DNA of 32,000 nt, from positions 1,830,001-1,862,000 of the forward strand of contig FP565575.1 of assembly GCA_000091165.1 (NCBI GenBank), written 5' to 3'. Below, in pieces: positions 8,162 through 20,243 of the stretch. The position numbers and the translations under genes were made by a program. The notes under the pieces are model-generated. The model saw only the letters and a program-made list of their open reading frames with translations. It was not told the origin of the DNA and did no database searches. How positions within the stretch are numbered: the stretch's first letter is position 1; each line of letters opens with the position of its first letter. Origin of the DNA: Candidatus Methylomirabilis oxygeniifera (lineage in GTDB: Bacteria; Methylomirabilota; Methylomirabilia; Methylomirabilales; Methylomirabilaceae).

Positions 8162-9298
8162 TCATTGGCTCGGTCCGCCTCCGAGAGGCCGATCGACCGA
8201 AGGTGACGACGACATGGCTGTATAGATTTCAAGGAAGGTCGAGAGCGTCACAAGCAACACGGGCCCCAGGATAAACCCGAGAATCCCGAATACCTGGAGG
8301 CCACCAAGCATCCCGAAAAACAGGAAAAGCGTCGGCAGATTGGTCCCGCCCGAGATGAGAGCCGGCTTCAGCACATTGTCGGCCGTGCTCACAACCACCG
8401 TTGACCAGGCGAGCAACAAGAGTCCGCGAATCCAGCCTCCCTCGAGAAACAGATAGAAAGCCGCCGGAATCCAGATCACCGCCGATCCGCCAACCGGCAG
8501 CAGCGAGAAGAGGGCGGTGGCCAGCCCGAGAAAGACCGGGTACGGGACACCAACGGCCCAGTACCCTACTCCTCCCAGGATGCCTTGCGCCAAAGCCGTG
8601 ACGATGGTACCGCGCACGACGGCCGATACGGCCTCGTAGAGGCGGGAAAAAAGCGCCTCGGCATGCTTTCGCTCAAGCGGTAAAATCCTTTGGAGGCTGT
8701 AAACGATCGCCTCACCATCTCTAAGCAGAAAGAAAAAAGTAAAGACCGCGAGAAAGAGATTGACCGTGAAGCTCAACAGGTTGATGGCGATCCCCTTCAG
8801 ATTGTCGACAATGAAGCTGCTGACCGCCCCCAGTCCGCCCAGCAACAGCGCGTTCAGATCGAAGCCCAGACGCGTGAAGGGCAGACTCACGCGATCCCAC
8901 AGGACCCGGCCGGCCATAACCGCCGGATGGGACGCGATCCCCGCCAGTCCCTCCTGCTGATAGACGCGTTCCGCCGCCTGATAGAAGCTTACCGCTTCTT
9001 GCGTCAGCACCCATCCACTGAGAATGGCCGGGATCATCACGGCAGCAATGACCGCAATCGTCAGTAAGAGGGCTGCGAGCCCGGACTTGCCACCAAGCCG
9101 GTGTAACAGGCGGCGGTAGACCGGTTGAAAGACAACGACCAAAATAACTGCCCAGAAAATCGGGGACGCAAAGGGAACGATAATCAGGTAGGTCAGATAG
9201 AGGAACAGGAGCAGAGATCCATAGAAGAACACTATGGAGACGCCGGTTCCGTTCCCGCTCCATCGCGCACGCATCCCCTCATCTTTCTTATCAGCCAT
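8162..9298 (-). CDS. AI-2E family transporter (PerM/YdiK-like membrane protein)
   Basis: Multi-TM protein with 'ASPIFWAVILVVVFQPVYRRLLHR', 'FFLLRDGEAIVYSLQRILPL', 'GGVGYWAVGVPYPVFLGLATALFSLLPVGGSAVIW'. Start could be the upstream Met at 9307. Confidence 0.85.
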   Translation of the reverse strand: MADKKDEGMRARWSGNGTGVSIVFFYGSLLLFLYLTYLIIVPFASPIFWAVILVVVFQPVYRRLLHRLGGKSGLAALLLTIAVIAAVMIPAILSGWVLTQEAVSFYQAAERVYQQEGLAGIASHPAVMAGRVLWDRVSLPFTRLGFDLNALLLGGLGAVSSFIVDNLKGIAINLLSFTVNLFLAVFTFFFLLRDGEAIVYSLQRILPLERKHAEALFSRLYEAVSAVVRGTIVTALAQGILGGVGYWAVGVPYPVFLGLATALFSLLPVGGSAVIWIPAAFYLFLEGGWIRGLLLLAWSTVVVSTADNVLKPALISGGTNLPTLFLFFGMLGGLQVFGILGFILGPVLLVTLSTFLEIYTAMSSSPSVDRPLGGGPSQ

Positions 9299-9325
9299 TG
9301 TCTCCACCCTCTGAGTCTGTTCGGC

Positions 9326-10225
9326 TCAATCGAAGAGTTCCGGATCTGCATTGTCGTTCCGGATACAGGCGCATACCATCTGCGCGGTATTCCTCGCCAT
9401 GCCGATTCGGCCGTATCGATCCAGCAGGATGATGCCGGCCTCGGCGCCGATCCTGGCCGTCAGCTCACCGACAGCGAGCCTGGCTGCCGCCATCGGATCT
9501 TCGCCGTTCTGAAGAAATTCGAGGGCCGTCTTTGCAAGCACCAGCTTGATGATCGCCTCCCCATCGCCGGTGCAACTGACCGCGCCAAGCCGATCGTCGG
9601 CGTAGGTCCCGCAGCCGATCAGCGCAGAGTCGCCCACGCGGCCGGGCGCCTTGAGCGGCAATCCGCCCGTCGAAGTGGCTGCGGCCAGATGTCCAGTTCG
9701 GTCGAGGGCGACAGCACCGACCGTGCCGACACCCTCGGCGTTATCCTCTCGCATGGTCGTCCATCCGGCGCGCTGGCGCTCCGTGATCAGCGCGTCGACC
9801 TCGCACTCCGCAATCCCGACCGTGGCGGCGAACTGTCCGGCGCCATCCCCCACAAGCAGAACCGGCCCGCCCGCCTCCATCACGGCTCTCGCGAGCATCA
9901 CCGGATTGGCGATTCGCTTCACGGCGCCAATGGCTCCGGCTGCCAGGTTTCGGCCATCCATAATCGAGGCGTCAAGCTCGATCTCTCCATCACGATTCAG
10001 GCAGGCGCCTCGGCCGGCGTTAAAAGCCGGATCATCCTCCAGCATCTTGACGGCCTGCTCGACGGCCTCCACCGCAGAGACTCCGGCTGTGAGCAGTTGC
10101 CATCCATGTGTAACGGCTGCCCGAATACCCGCACGCCGTGCCTCAATCAGGTCGGGCGCTACCTTGCCTGCTCCACCATGAACGACAATCACAGGACCGA
10201 ACGATCTAGCGGTGATCAATCCCAC
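9326..10225 (-). CDS. Isoaspartyl peptidase/L-asparaginase (plant-type Ntn hydrolase)
   Basis: 'VIVVHGGAG', 'NAGRGACLNRDGEIELDASIMDG', 'GVGTVGAVALDRTGHLAAATSTGG' (autocleavage at Gly-Thr). Confidence 0.92.
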   Translation of the reverse strand: MGLITARSFGPVIVVHGGAGKVAPDLIEARRAGIRAAVTHGWQLLTAGVSAVEAVEQAVKMLEDDPAFNAGRGACLNRDGEIELDASIMDGRNLAAGAIGAVKRIANPVMLARAVMEAGGPVLLVGDGAGQFAATVGIAECEVDALITERQRAGWTTMREDNAEGVGTVGAVALDRTGHLAAATSTGGLPLKAPGRVGDSALIGCGTYADDRLGAVSCTGDGEAIIKLVLAKTALEFLQNGEDPMAAARLAVGELTARIGAEAGIILLDRYGRIGMARNTAQMVCACIRNDNADPELFD

Positions 10226-10229
10226 CTCT

Positions 10230-11525
10230 TCACTGTTCTTGTTTGGCTCGGAACGCCTCAGCCATGGCGATCCGCTCCAAGACCGGAGGGTGAGTATACA
10301 GGAGCCACACTATCATTCGCGGTGGATCGATATCTGCAAGATTCGACCTGGCAAGTGTCACCTCGGACGCGATGAAGGCTCCGGGGTTACCACTGAGTTG
10401 AAGCGATTCGCAGTCGGCTTCTCGTTCGAAGGATCGCGAAATAGCCATCTGAATCGGCGTCGTCAGGATGGTAAGGGCGAGAAAGAGGAGCAGCAGGAGC
10501 GGCAACGATACGGGGTCAGCCGGATGAATAAAGCCGAAGCGTCCGGAGTCGGCCGCGGCATGAAGAAGACGAGCGATCAGCCACAGGGCCCCAAGCGCCG
10601 AGACCGCACTGATAGCCATCCCCTTCCAGGTGTGGTGTCGCCTCCAATGGCCCAGTTCATGCGCCACGACCAGCTCTACCTCCTCATGGGTCGCGGCGGT
10701 CAGCAGGGTATCGTACAGAACGATCCGCCTCGATGGTCCAAGCCCTGTGAAGTAGGCATTGGTCTTCGCAGTCTTACGGCTGGCATCGATCTCCAGGATC
10801 GGCCCTACCGCCACACCCGCCCGATCCGTCAACACGCGGATACGCTCCACCAATCCTTTATCCTGCACCGGTCGGAACGTATGAAACAGCGGATCCAGAA
10901 GGATCGGAGACAGCTCTGCAAGCAGGCTCGTCACAAGAACGACGACACCCCATACCGGCAGATACCAACGGGCCGGATCCCATCTGATAAACCCATAGAG
11001 CAGCATCAACAGCGGGAGCATGACTCCCACGTTGATCAGCGCCCCTTTTGTGTAATCCCACGCCCACGCGGCAAACGTCTGACGAGAGAGCCCAAACATA
11101 TGCTCGCGAAGGAAACCGCCGTACAGGCTGACGGGAAAGGTGACCGCATGATACGATAGAGCCAGCACGAGACCGAACACCACAATGGTCAGCCATACGC
11201 GCCCGCCCGCAACTGAGACGCTGAGATCGCGAATCTTTGCAGACAGTGGGCTCAGGGTCAGGAGCCCAAACAGGCCAAGGGTCAACGCCATTCGCACACC
11301 GTACAACAGATATCGCCCCCTGGCGTACGCCCGCCCGTTAGCCAACTCCTCAGCGGTAAAATACTGTCGAGCCTTATCGGCGAAGGATACATGCGGGCCC
11401 GAAGGCGGCGTGTCGCCTCCAGGCGCCTGCCGTTCAAGTGAAATCGTCGCCCCGGCAAGCGCCAGCAAGAACACCAGAAGTGACCATTGCGGTAACATGC
11501 AATACGGACCTCGAGAAGGAGTCAT
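10230..11525 (-). CDS. M48 family metalloprotease (CAAX prenyl protease 1/Ste24-like)
   Basis: 'VVAHELGHWRRHHTWKG' (HExxH), N-terminal TM segments, distal 'SRSFEREAD' and 'THPPVLERI'. Confidence 0.9.
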   Translation of the reverse strand: MTPSRGPYCMLPQWSLLVFLLALAGATISLERQAPGGDTPPSGPHVSFADKARQYFTAEELANGRAYARGRYLLYGVRMALTLGLFGLLTLSPLSAKIRDLSVSVAGGRVWLTIVVFGLVLALSYHAVTFPVSLYGGFLREHMFGLSRQTFAAWAWDYTKGALINVGVMLPLLMLLYGFIRWDPARWYLPVWGVVVLVTSLLAELSPILLDPLFHTFRPVQDKGLVERIRVLTDRAGVAVGPILEIDASRKTAKTNAYFTGLGPSRRIVLYDTLLTAATHEEVELVVAHELGHWRRHHTWKGMAISAVSALGALWLIARLLHAAADSGRFGFIHPADPVSLPLLLLLFLALTILTTPIQMAISRSFEREADCESLQLSGNPGAFIASEVTLARSNLADIDPPRMIVWLLYTHPPVLERIAMAEAFRAKQEQ

Positions 11526-11529
11526 CTGA

Positions 11530-12024
11530 TCAATTCAACAGACCGAACACCTTGTGCAGTTCGATGCGGGCCGCAACATAATCCGGCTCAATCTCCAGCG
11601 CCTTCTTCAGCTCTCTGATCGCCTCGTCGTACCTCCCCTTCCGCACAAGGACTCGGCCCATATTCATGTAGGGGTAATGGCGAGGTTCGTATCGCTTCGC
11701 GACCATGGCCTTCTCGAGCCACGGAATCGCCTCATCATACTCTCCCTTCTCAATCAGGTAGACACCGATGTCGTTGTACGGATTGCCGAAATCAGGGTCG
11801 ACCCGGATGGCAGCCTCGCACTCCTTGATGGCCTCGTCAATCTGTCCCTGAAAGCTGTACGCCCACCCCAGGAAGGTATGAGCCTCGGCCGTCGCATACA
11901 GCTCGATAGACCGCTTATAGGCCGCGATTGCGCCATGCAGATCTCCGTTCGCTTGCAATCGATATCCCTCTTTGAAGTAGAATTCCGCCAGCTCAAGTCG
12001 TCCCGGATCAGGCATGATCTTCAC
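11530..12024 (-). CDS. TPR-repeat protein
   Basis: Repeated 34-residue motifs such as 'GDLHGAIAAYKRSIELYATAEAHTFLGWAYSFQGQIDEAIKECEAAIRVDPDFGNPYNDIGVYLIEKGEYDEAIPWLEKAM'. Confidence 0.85.
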   Translation of the reverse strand: MKIMPDPGRLELAEFYFKEGYRLQANGDLHGAIAAYKRSIELYATAEAHTFLGWAYSFQGQIDEAIKECEAAIRVDPDFGNPYNDIGVYLIEKGEYDEAIPWLEKAMVAKRYEPRHYPYMNMGRVLVRKGRYDEAIRELKKALEIEPDYVAARIELHKVFGLLN

Positions 12025-12094
12025 CTATTGTGACCTTATTCGCAGGCACGGCGAGGGTCAGTCTTACTCTATAATTGTAACTACTTAGGCATTT

Positions 12095-12174
12095 AGACTG
12101 AAGGCTGAAGGCCATAAATTGCTATTGCGTGATCACGCGTGACGTACCCCTAACAGCCTTCAGTATTCAGCCTA
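12095..12174. repeat. Imperfect palindromic intergenic element with heptad-repeat-like arms and a 12-bp perfect palindromic core
   Basis: Left arm AGACTGAAGGCTGAAGGC (12095-12112) pairs 15/18 with right arm GCCTTCAGTATTCAGCCT (12156-12173). Core GCGTGATCACGC at 12127-12138. Confidence 0.6.
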
Positions 12175-12246
12175 TCCACCTCTGATTTACTCTTTCATTC
12201 TACCACGTGAACAGATTGTGCTGCGTCTTGAAATGAGCCCCTGTGC

Positions 12247-13377
12247 TCAGCCGAGTTTTTTGTGGAAGCGGAGAATGCTGGTCGTAATCAGGACAGTCCC
12301 AATGGCGGTTAGAACCAGCAGATGGGTCCAGAGATACGAGATCCCGATCCCCTTCAGCATGATCCCCCGGACAATCTCCACATAATAGGTGAGAGGAATG
12401 ACGTACGCAATGCTCTTGGCCAAGGGCGGCATTCCCTCGATCGGGAAGAGCACGCCGGAGAGATAGACCGACGGAACAAAGATGAAATACGCGAGCTGCA
12501 TGGCCTGATGCTGGCTCCTGGCGATGGTGGATAACAGGATGCCGAGACCCAAGGTCCCCATGATGAAGAACAGAGACAGAAAGTACAGAAGGGGCAAACT
12601 GCCGCGTATCGGAATATCAAAGAACCAGACGCCGAACACGAGGGCGAATGTCATCTGCGCATAGGCGATGACAACATTCGGCACAATCTTCCCGATCATC
12701 AACTCCCAGCGGCGCAGCGGGCTGACGATCAGCGCCTCGAGCGTTCCGCGCTCACGCTCCCGTACTACGACCATCGCAACGATGGTGATGGTGGTTTGCA
12801 TCAGGATGAAGCTCAGCAAGCCCGGAATAATGAAGATGGCGCTCACGAGGTCCGGGTTATACCAGGCCCGGACTCGGACATCCAGTGGAGTCGGGGGTGT
12901 GACCCGACCGGCGCTCCGCTGCAGCGTCTCCGATGCGATCCGCAGCGAACCCACCTGACCGATGGCGTTGGCCGCATTGATAGCCGATGTCGCCACCAGC
13001 GGGTCCGAGGCGTCGACGATTACCTGGATCTGGGTGACACGCTGCTGCTTGAGCGAGCGGGCGTAGTCAGGTGGAAAGATGATCCCCACCTTCGCTTTGC
13101 CGCCGTCGATGAGGTATGTGATCCGTTCATAGCTGTCTACATGATAGTCAAGGTTGAAATACTGAGAATTGGTAAACGCATGAAGGAGATCTCGACTCTC
13201 AGGCGTCCGGGACTGATCGAGGACAGCAGTCGGCATATGCTTGACGTCGGTATTGATGGCCCAGCCGATGATGCCGAGGACCATCATCGGCATAAACAGC
13301 ATCATCCCTAGCGTAAAGCGGTCGCGCCACATCTGGATAAACTCCTTGCGGATCATACCGAGCAGACGCGACTTCAT
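12247..13377 (-). CDS. ABC-2 type transporter permease
   Basis: 'LGMIRKEFIQMWRDRFTLGMMLFMPMMVLGIIGWAIN' and 'VVVRERERGTLEALIVSPLRRWELMIGKI' are typical of ABC-2/YhhJ-like permeases. Confidence 0.9.
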   Translation of the reverse strand: MKSRLLGMIRKEFIQMWRDRFTLGMMLFMPMMVLGIIGWAINTDVKHMPTAVLDQSRTPESRDLLHAFTNSQYFNLDYHVDSYERITYLIDGGKAKVGIIFPPDYARSLKQQRVTQIQVIVDASDPLVATSAINAANAIGQVGSLRIASETLQRSAGRVTPPTPLDVRVRAWYNPDLVSAIFIIPGLLSFILMQTTITIVAMVVVRERERGTLEALIVSPLRRWELMIGKIVPNVVIAYAQMTFALVFGVWFFDIPIRGSLPLLYFLSLFFIMGTLGLGILLSTIARSQHQAMQLAYFIFVPSVYLSGVLFPIEGMPPLAKSIAYVIPLTYYVEIVRGIMLKGIGISYLWTHLLVLTAIGTVLITTSILRFHKKLG

Positions 13378-14366
13378 ATCCCGCCCTCCCGCATTCGCTT
13401 GAGCTGCGCCCGGAGGGAGCGCCGGTCGACCAGGCCGACGAATGAGACAAAGATATCCTCGATCGACGGGATCGCCGCCTCAACTCGGTTGACCTTGAGC
13501 TGCTCACCGGTCAGGCGGGCCTCCACCTCAGTGGGTGACAGGCTCTTGTCCTCCGTGACAACGTGGATCGTGTTCCCGAACCGGACGACTTCCGCCACGC
13601 CGAGAAGTGTTTCAAGGAATATCGCGGCCTCCCGCATCGGCTGGCATTCGATCTCAATCACCTGCCCTTTCAGGGCGTTCGCCTTGATCTCCTCACGGCC
13701 TCCCTGGGCCGTAATCCGACCCTGGTAGATGAATCCCAGACTGTCGCAGTGCTCCGCTTCGTCCATGTAGTGAGTCGTGGCCACGATGGTGATCCCTTCC
13801 TCTGACAGTCGGTAGATCAAGTCCCAAAAGTTACGACGGGAGACCGGATCGACCCCGGCTGTCGGCTCATCCAGGAAGAGCAGTTCCGGCTTGTGAATAA
13901 TACTGCACCCTAAGGCCAGGCGCTGCTTCCAGCCGCCAGACAGGTGGGCTGCCAATGCGCTCTCGCGTCCGGTCAGGTCGGCCATCTGAACCATCTGCTC
14001 GATCCGAGCCCGCTTCATGCCGTTGGGGACCGAGTAGAGACTGGCGTAAAAGTCGAGGTTCTCCCGGACCGTCAGATCCTCGTACAGGCTGAACCGTTGG
14101 GACATATAGCCGATCTTTTCCTTGATCCGCTCCGGCTCCGTCGCAATATCGTAACCCAACACATTCCCTGATCCCTCGGTCGGGTCCAGCAGCCCGCACA
14201 GCATCCGAATGGTCGTAGACTTCCCAGCCCCGTTGGGACCGAGGAATCCGTAGATCTCGCCCCGCTTAATCCGCAAGTCCACATGGTCCACGGCAACGAT
14301 CTTGCCGAATCGCCGTGTCAGTCCTTCGGTAAGGACGGCGTAACTGTCCGGGTCAGACTCAGCCAT
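13374..14366 (-). CDS. ABC transporter ATP-binding protein
   Basis: Walker A 'GFLGPNGAGKST', signature 'LSGGWKQRLALGCSI', Walker B 'LLFLDEPTAGVD'. Start chosen at MAESDP; the ORF is open to 14441. Confidence 0.92.
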   Translation of the reverse strand: MAESDPDSYAVLTEGLTRRFGKIVAVDHVDLRIKRGEIYGFLGPNGAGKSTTIRMLCGLLDPTEGSGNVLGYDIATEPERIKEKIGYMSQRFSLYEDLTVRENLDFYASLYSVPNGMKRARIEQMVQMADLTGRESALAAHLSGGWKQRLALGCSIIHKPELLFLDEPTAGVDPVSRRNFWDLIYRLSEEGITIVATTHYMDEAEHCDSLGFIYQGRITAQGGREEIKANALKGQVIEIECQPMREAAIFLETLLGVAEVVRFGNTIHVVTEDKSLSPTEVEARLTGEQLKVNRVEAAIPSIEDIFVSFVGLVDRRSLRAQLKRMREGGI

Positions 14367-15414
14367 TGAGACGACTCCAATCGGCGGACGGCAAACGGCC
14401 GGTTCGCTGCGATCCTTCGCCTCCTGTCTTGATCTCGGCATCGGCCGGCATCCCCGACTTCAGCAAGCGCTCGTGATTATTCAGGCGGATCTTGACCCCA
14501 AAGACCAGGTTCACACGCTCCTTCTTGGTCTGAACTGTGCGAGGGGTAAATTCGGCCTTCGAGCTGATCTCGACCACCTTCCCCTCGAAGCGCCGATTCG
14601 GGAATGAATCGACAGCGACTGACGCCTCCTGGCCGATACTCACCAGCCCGATCTCCGACTCCGGGATGTAGACACGCAGCCACAGATCATCGGGATCGAT
14701 GAGGATCACAATGGGAAACCCGGGATTAACAACCTCTCCCTGCTCGGCTCGCTTGGTCAGGACGATGGCCGTAAGTGGCGCAAGGATGGTGCTATCGCGA
14801 AGTCGGACCTGGGCCATTCCGAGCGTCGCCTTTGCCCGATCACGTTCATGACGAGCTGCCTCGATCGTCTCCGGTCGAGGACCCACTCGGACCAATTCGT
14901 ACCGTTCGCGGGTTGCCCTAACCTGGCTTGACGCTACCTCGACCTTGTTCTTGGCCTGGTCTCGCTCTTGCGCTGAGATGGCCCCCTCTTTGAAGAGGTT
15001 ATCGAATCGGTCCCACTCATCCTTGGCCAGCTTCAGGTTATCCTCCGCCTGCTGCAGGTTGGCGCGCGCCTCTTCGATCTCTTGAAGGCGCGAGCCTGCG
15101 AGCAGCTCTTTGAGCTGCGCCCCGGCCATGGCCAGCGCCGCCTGCGCTTGCGTCACTTCTGCCTCGATCTCAGAGGTGTCGAGACGAGCGATGACCTGAT
15201 TGGCCTGGACTTGGTCGCCCTCCTTCACCAGGAGCTGGGCGAGACGACCCGGCAGCTTCGAGCTGACCTCGACCTCGGTAGCCTCGATCGTCCCATTCGC
15301 CACAAGGACGTCGCCGCCCCCCTTTTCGCGGACCAGCCCCCAGCCGACGAAGAGTGCAGCACCGGCCAATGCCAGCGCAACAAGCAACGCTATCTTTCGT
15401 TTCTGATCCGCCAC
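14359..15414 (-). CDS. HlyD/MFP-family periplasmic adaptor (YbhG-like)
   Basis: Single N-terminal TM, 'VEVSSKLPGRLAQLLVKEGDQVQANQVIARLD', coiled coil, 'DSTILAPLTAIVLTKRAEQGEVVNPGFPI'. It overlaps the start of the ATPase gene. Confidence 0.9.
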   Translation of the reverse strand: MADQKRKIALLVALALAGAALFVGWGLVREKGGGDVLVANGTIEATEVEVSSKLPGRLAQLLVKEGDQVQANQVIARLDTSEIEAEVTQAQAALAMAGAQLKELLAGSRLQEIEEARANLQQAEDNLKLAKDEWDRFDNLFKEGAISAQERDQAKNKVEVASSQVRATRERYELVRVGPRPETIEAARHERDRAKATLGMAQVRLRDSTILAPLTAIVLTKRAEQGEVVNPGFPIVILIDPDDLWLRVYIPESEIGLVSIGQEASVAVDSFPNRRFEGKVVEISSKAEFTPRTVQTKKERVNLVFGVKIRLNNHERLLKSGMPADAEIKTGGEGSQRTGRLPSADWSRLNG

Positions 15415-15442
15415 TTACCCTCTTGTCGGCCTATGACAATAT

Positions 15443-17527
<2,085 letters not shown>

Positions 17528-17679
17528 TTATAAATAGAGGGGTTTCACGCTGTCACTCTCAGCCTATTGGTAGCAGACTTTATGTAGCGAGGCAAGGTAA
17601 TTCGGCCCTTAAACCCTTGCCGAGGTGGGCTGTCTAATCAGGCAAACAGTGACAACAACCACAACAGGAGGGAACGATC

Positions 17680-17937
17680 ATGAAACAGTATCTGTCGAAA
17701 CTGGTCGTCATGGCGCTCGTAATCGGTGGATTGGTTGCCATCGCTCACCCGGCTCTGGCATGGGTCCGAGTTGGGATCAACGTCGGGGTCCCGTACCCGG
17801 TAGTCGTCGCTCGCGCTCCTGTTGTGGCGCCGGCTCCCGGATGGCGTATGCGACCTGCGCCTGTCTATTATCAGTCTGTCTGGGTTCCTGGACACGTCAA
17901 CCGATGGGGTGTCCGAGTCCCTGGCCACTGGCGGTAA
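17680..17937 (+). CDS. Small secreted/periplasmic protein with C-terminal 'WVPGHVNRWGVRVPGHW' motif
   Basis: AGGAGGG Shine-Dalgarno sequence before the ATG, a clear Sec signal peptide 'MKQYLSKLVVMALVIGGLVAIAHPALA', and a Pro/Val/Arg-rich mature part. A terminator follows. Confidence 0.75.
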   Translation: MKQYLSKLVVMALVIGGLVAIAHPALAWVRVGINVGVPYPVVVARAPVVAPAPGWRMRPAPVYYQSVWVPGHVNRWGVRVPGHWR

Positions 17938-17973
17938 ACGCGTTCTGCTCCTCCTGCCCTCCCCTGCCTCCGA

Positions 17974-18015
17974 CCGCTAAGGGACCGATCGTCAGATTGG
18001 TCTCTTAGCGGTTTT
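17974..18015 (+). terminator. Intrinsic terminator
   Basis: CCGCTAAG...CTTAGCGG arms followed by TTTT. Confidence 0.75.
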
Positions 18016-18045
18016 CTGGTTGTTCTTTGGGCTCCGTTCATCACC

Positions 18046-18074
18046 TTGACATTTGCGCGCGTCTTCTGTAGGGT
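18046..18074 (+). promoter_or_regulatory. Candidate promoter (TTGACA-17-TAGGGT) upstream of the 93-aa ORF
   Basis: TTGACA at 18046-18051, 17-nt spacer, TAGGGT at 18069-18074. Confidence 0.4.
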
Positions 18075-18113
18075 GACTCTCAAGCTCAGGATCATGCGGC
18101 ATCGGTATGCGCG

Positions 18114-18395
18114 ATGGTCGAGGCAACGGTTCTCCAACAGCTTGAAAAGTTAGCTGACCAGCTTGGCGTAAAGGTCCTCTACGAGAACCTGGATCAGCAG
18201 GAATTCGTCGTGAGAAGCGGCGCCTGCACGCTGCGGGGGCAGCTTGTAGTCATCATTGATCACCGCCTTGCGCCGGGCAATCGAATCCAGGTCCTCGCCG
18301 ATTGCCTGTCACGATTCGACCTATCTGCCATCTATCTGGTTCCGGCTGTTCGTGAATTGATTGAAGCGCGACGAGCTACGCCGCCTGCGACATAG
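18114..18395 (+). CDS. Conserved-looking hypothetical protein, 93 aa
   Basis: Balanced composition: 'MVEATVLQQLEKLADQLGVKVLYENLDQQEFVVRSGACTLRGQLVVIIDHRLAPGNRIQVLADCLSRFDLSAIYLVPAVRELIEARR'. Candidate promoter upstream. Confidence 0.7.
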   Translation: MVEATVLQQLEKLADQLGVKVLYENLDQQEFVVRSGACTLRGQLVVIIDHRLAPGNRIQVLADCLSRFDLSAIYLVPAVRELIEARRATPPAT

Positions 18396-18574
18396 GAGGA
18401 CTGACGTGGGAACGCCAATGAGCCAACAGGCCATGAGCGTATTTTTTGGACGGCAGAAGGTCTGCCGGCCGGCCGACTGTGGATCGCCAAGGCCGGCCGC
18501 ACGGCGTCCCTGTACAGGTAGTGATCTGGGATTACAGTCAAAAGATTCTCAAGTCGGACGTCTGAAGATTGGGC

Positions 18575-18602
18575 TTGACAGTATTGCGCCTTCCGCTACA
18601 AT
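18575..18602 (+). promoter_or_regulatory. pyr operon promoter (TTGACA-16-TACAAT)
   Basis: TTGACA at 18575-18580, 16-nt spacer, TACAAT at 18597-18602. Predicted transcription start near 18609. Confidence 0.8.
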
Positions 18603-18618
18603 AAATTAACCTTTTAAT

Positions 18619-18636
18619 CGAACTCAGAGAGGTTCG
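18619..18636 (+). promoter_or_regulatory. Putative PyrR-binding hairpin in the nascent pyr leader
   Basis: CGAAC-TCAGAGAG-GTTCG. The loop and flanks match the 'UC.AGAGAGG.U' core known from PyrR-binding loops. Confidence 0.75.
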
Positions 18637-18649
18637 AAAAGGAGATGCA

Positions 18650-19283
<634 letters not shown>

Positions 19284-19294
19284 GAAAGGACGCA

Positions 19295-20224
19295 ATGGGC
19301 CTCGCACACAAAGATCTGTTGAGTATTCGGGAACTGACGTCGGACGAGATCCGGCTGATCCTGGATACCGCCGAGTCGATGAAAGAGGTGGCCCGTCGCG
19401 ACATCAAGAAGGTGCCGGCTCTGCGTGGCAAGACGATGATCAACCTGTTCTACGAGTCCAGTACCCGGACCCGTACATCGTTTGAAATCGCCGGGAAGTG
19501 GCTGAGCGCCGACGTCATCAACGTCTCCACCTCGGCCAGTTCGGTGACCAAGGGGGAGAGTTTAAAGGACACGGGTCTCACGCTGCAGGCGATGCACCCG
19601 GATATCGTTGTTCTCCGCCATCCGGCGGCAGGCACGGCTCAGTTTCTGGCCGAGCGGCTGACTGCATCGGTTATCAACGCCGGGGACGGCGCCCACGAGC
19701 ACCCCAGCCAAGCCCTGCTCGACCTGTTCACCATCAGGGAGAAAGCAGGACGGCTGGAGGGACTCAAGGCCGCCATTATCGGAGACATCGCCCACAGTCG
19801 GGTCGCCAGGAGCAATATCCACGGGATGCAACGAATGGGAATGGAGGTGCGAGTCGCAGGACCCCGGACGATGCTGCCCCGTTTTATCGAACGACTTGGG
19901 GTTGAGGTCTTTACGAACCTCGATCGAGCCGTCGCCGACGTCGATGTCATTATGATGCTCAGGCTGCAAACCGAGCGTCAACAGACCGGACTGTTCCCTT
20001 CGCTACGGGAGTACTCGCGCCTGTTCGGCCTGACCGCAGAGCGGCTCAAGGCCGCAAGGCCTGATGTGCTGATCATGCATCCAGGCCCTATGAATCGGGG
20101 CGTCGAGATTGCGCCGGATGTTGCCGACGGCCCCTACTCGCTGATCCTCAATCAGGTCGAGAACGGCTTGGCCGTGCGGATGGCTCTGCTCTATCTCTTC
20201 GCCGGCAGTGGGCAGGCAGGATAG
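19295..20224 (+). CDS. pyrB: Aspartate carbamoyltransferase catalytic subunit
   Basis: '[27 protein letters not shown]', '[12 protein letters not shown]', '[12 protein letters not shown]'. Confidence 0.96.
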   Translation: MGLAHKDLLSIRELTSDEIRLILDTAESMKEVARRDIKKVPALRGKTMINLFYESSTRTRTSFEIAGKWLSADVINVSTSASSVTKGESLKDTGLTLQAMHPDIVVLRHPAAGTAQFLAERLTASVINAGDGAHEHPSQALLDLFTIREKAGRLEGLKAAIIGDIAHSRVARSNIHGMQRMGMEVRVAGPRTMLPRFIERLGVEVFTNLDRAVADVDVIMMLRLQTERQQTGLFPSLREYSRLFGLTAERLKAARPDVLIMHPGPMNRGVEIAPDVADGPYSLILNQVENGLAVRMALLYLFAGSGQAG

Positions 20225-20243
20225 TCTAAGAGATGGGACGATC

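Noticed and set aside
9125-10375. 416-aa plus-strand ORF
   Set aside because: Antisense to the AI-2E transporter and asparaginase genes. Low-complexity composition without motifs.
10212-11159. 315-aa plus-strand ORF
   Set aside because: Antisense to the M48 protease. Gln/Arg/His-rich shadow ORF.
17625-18008. 127-aa plus-strand and 96-aa minus-strand ORFs
   Set aside because: Overlap the better-supported 85-aa signal-peptide protein. Composition is low-complexity and one runs into the terminator.
18361-18609. 82-aa plus-strand ORF
   Set aside because: Overlaps the end of the 93-aa ORF, is Arg/Cys/Ser-rich and runs into the pyr promoter. Unlikely to be coding.
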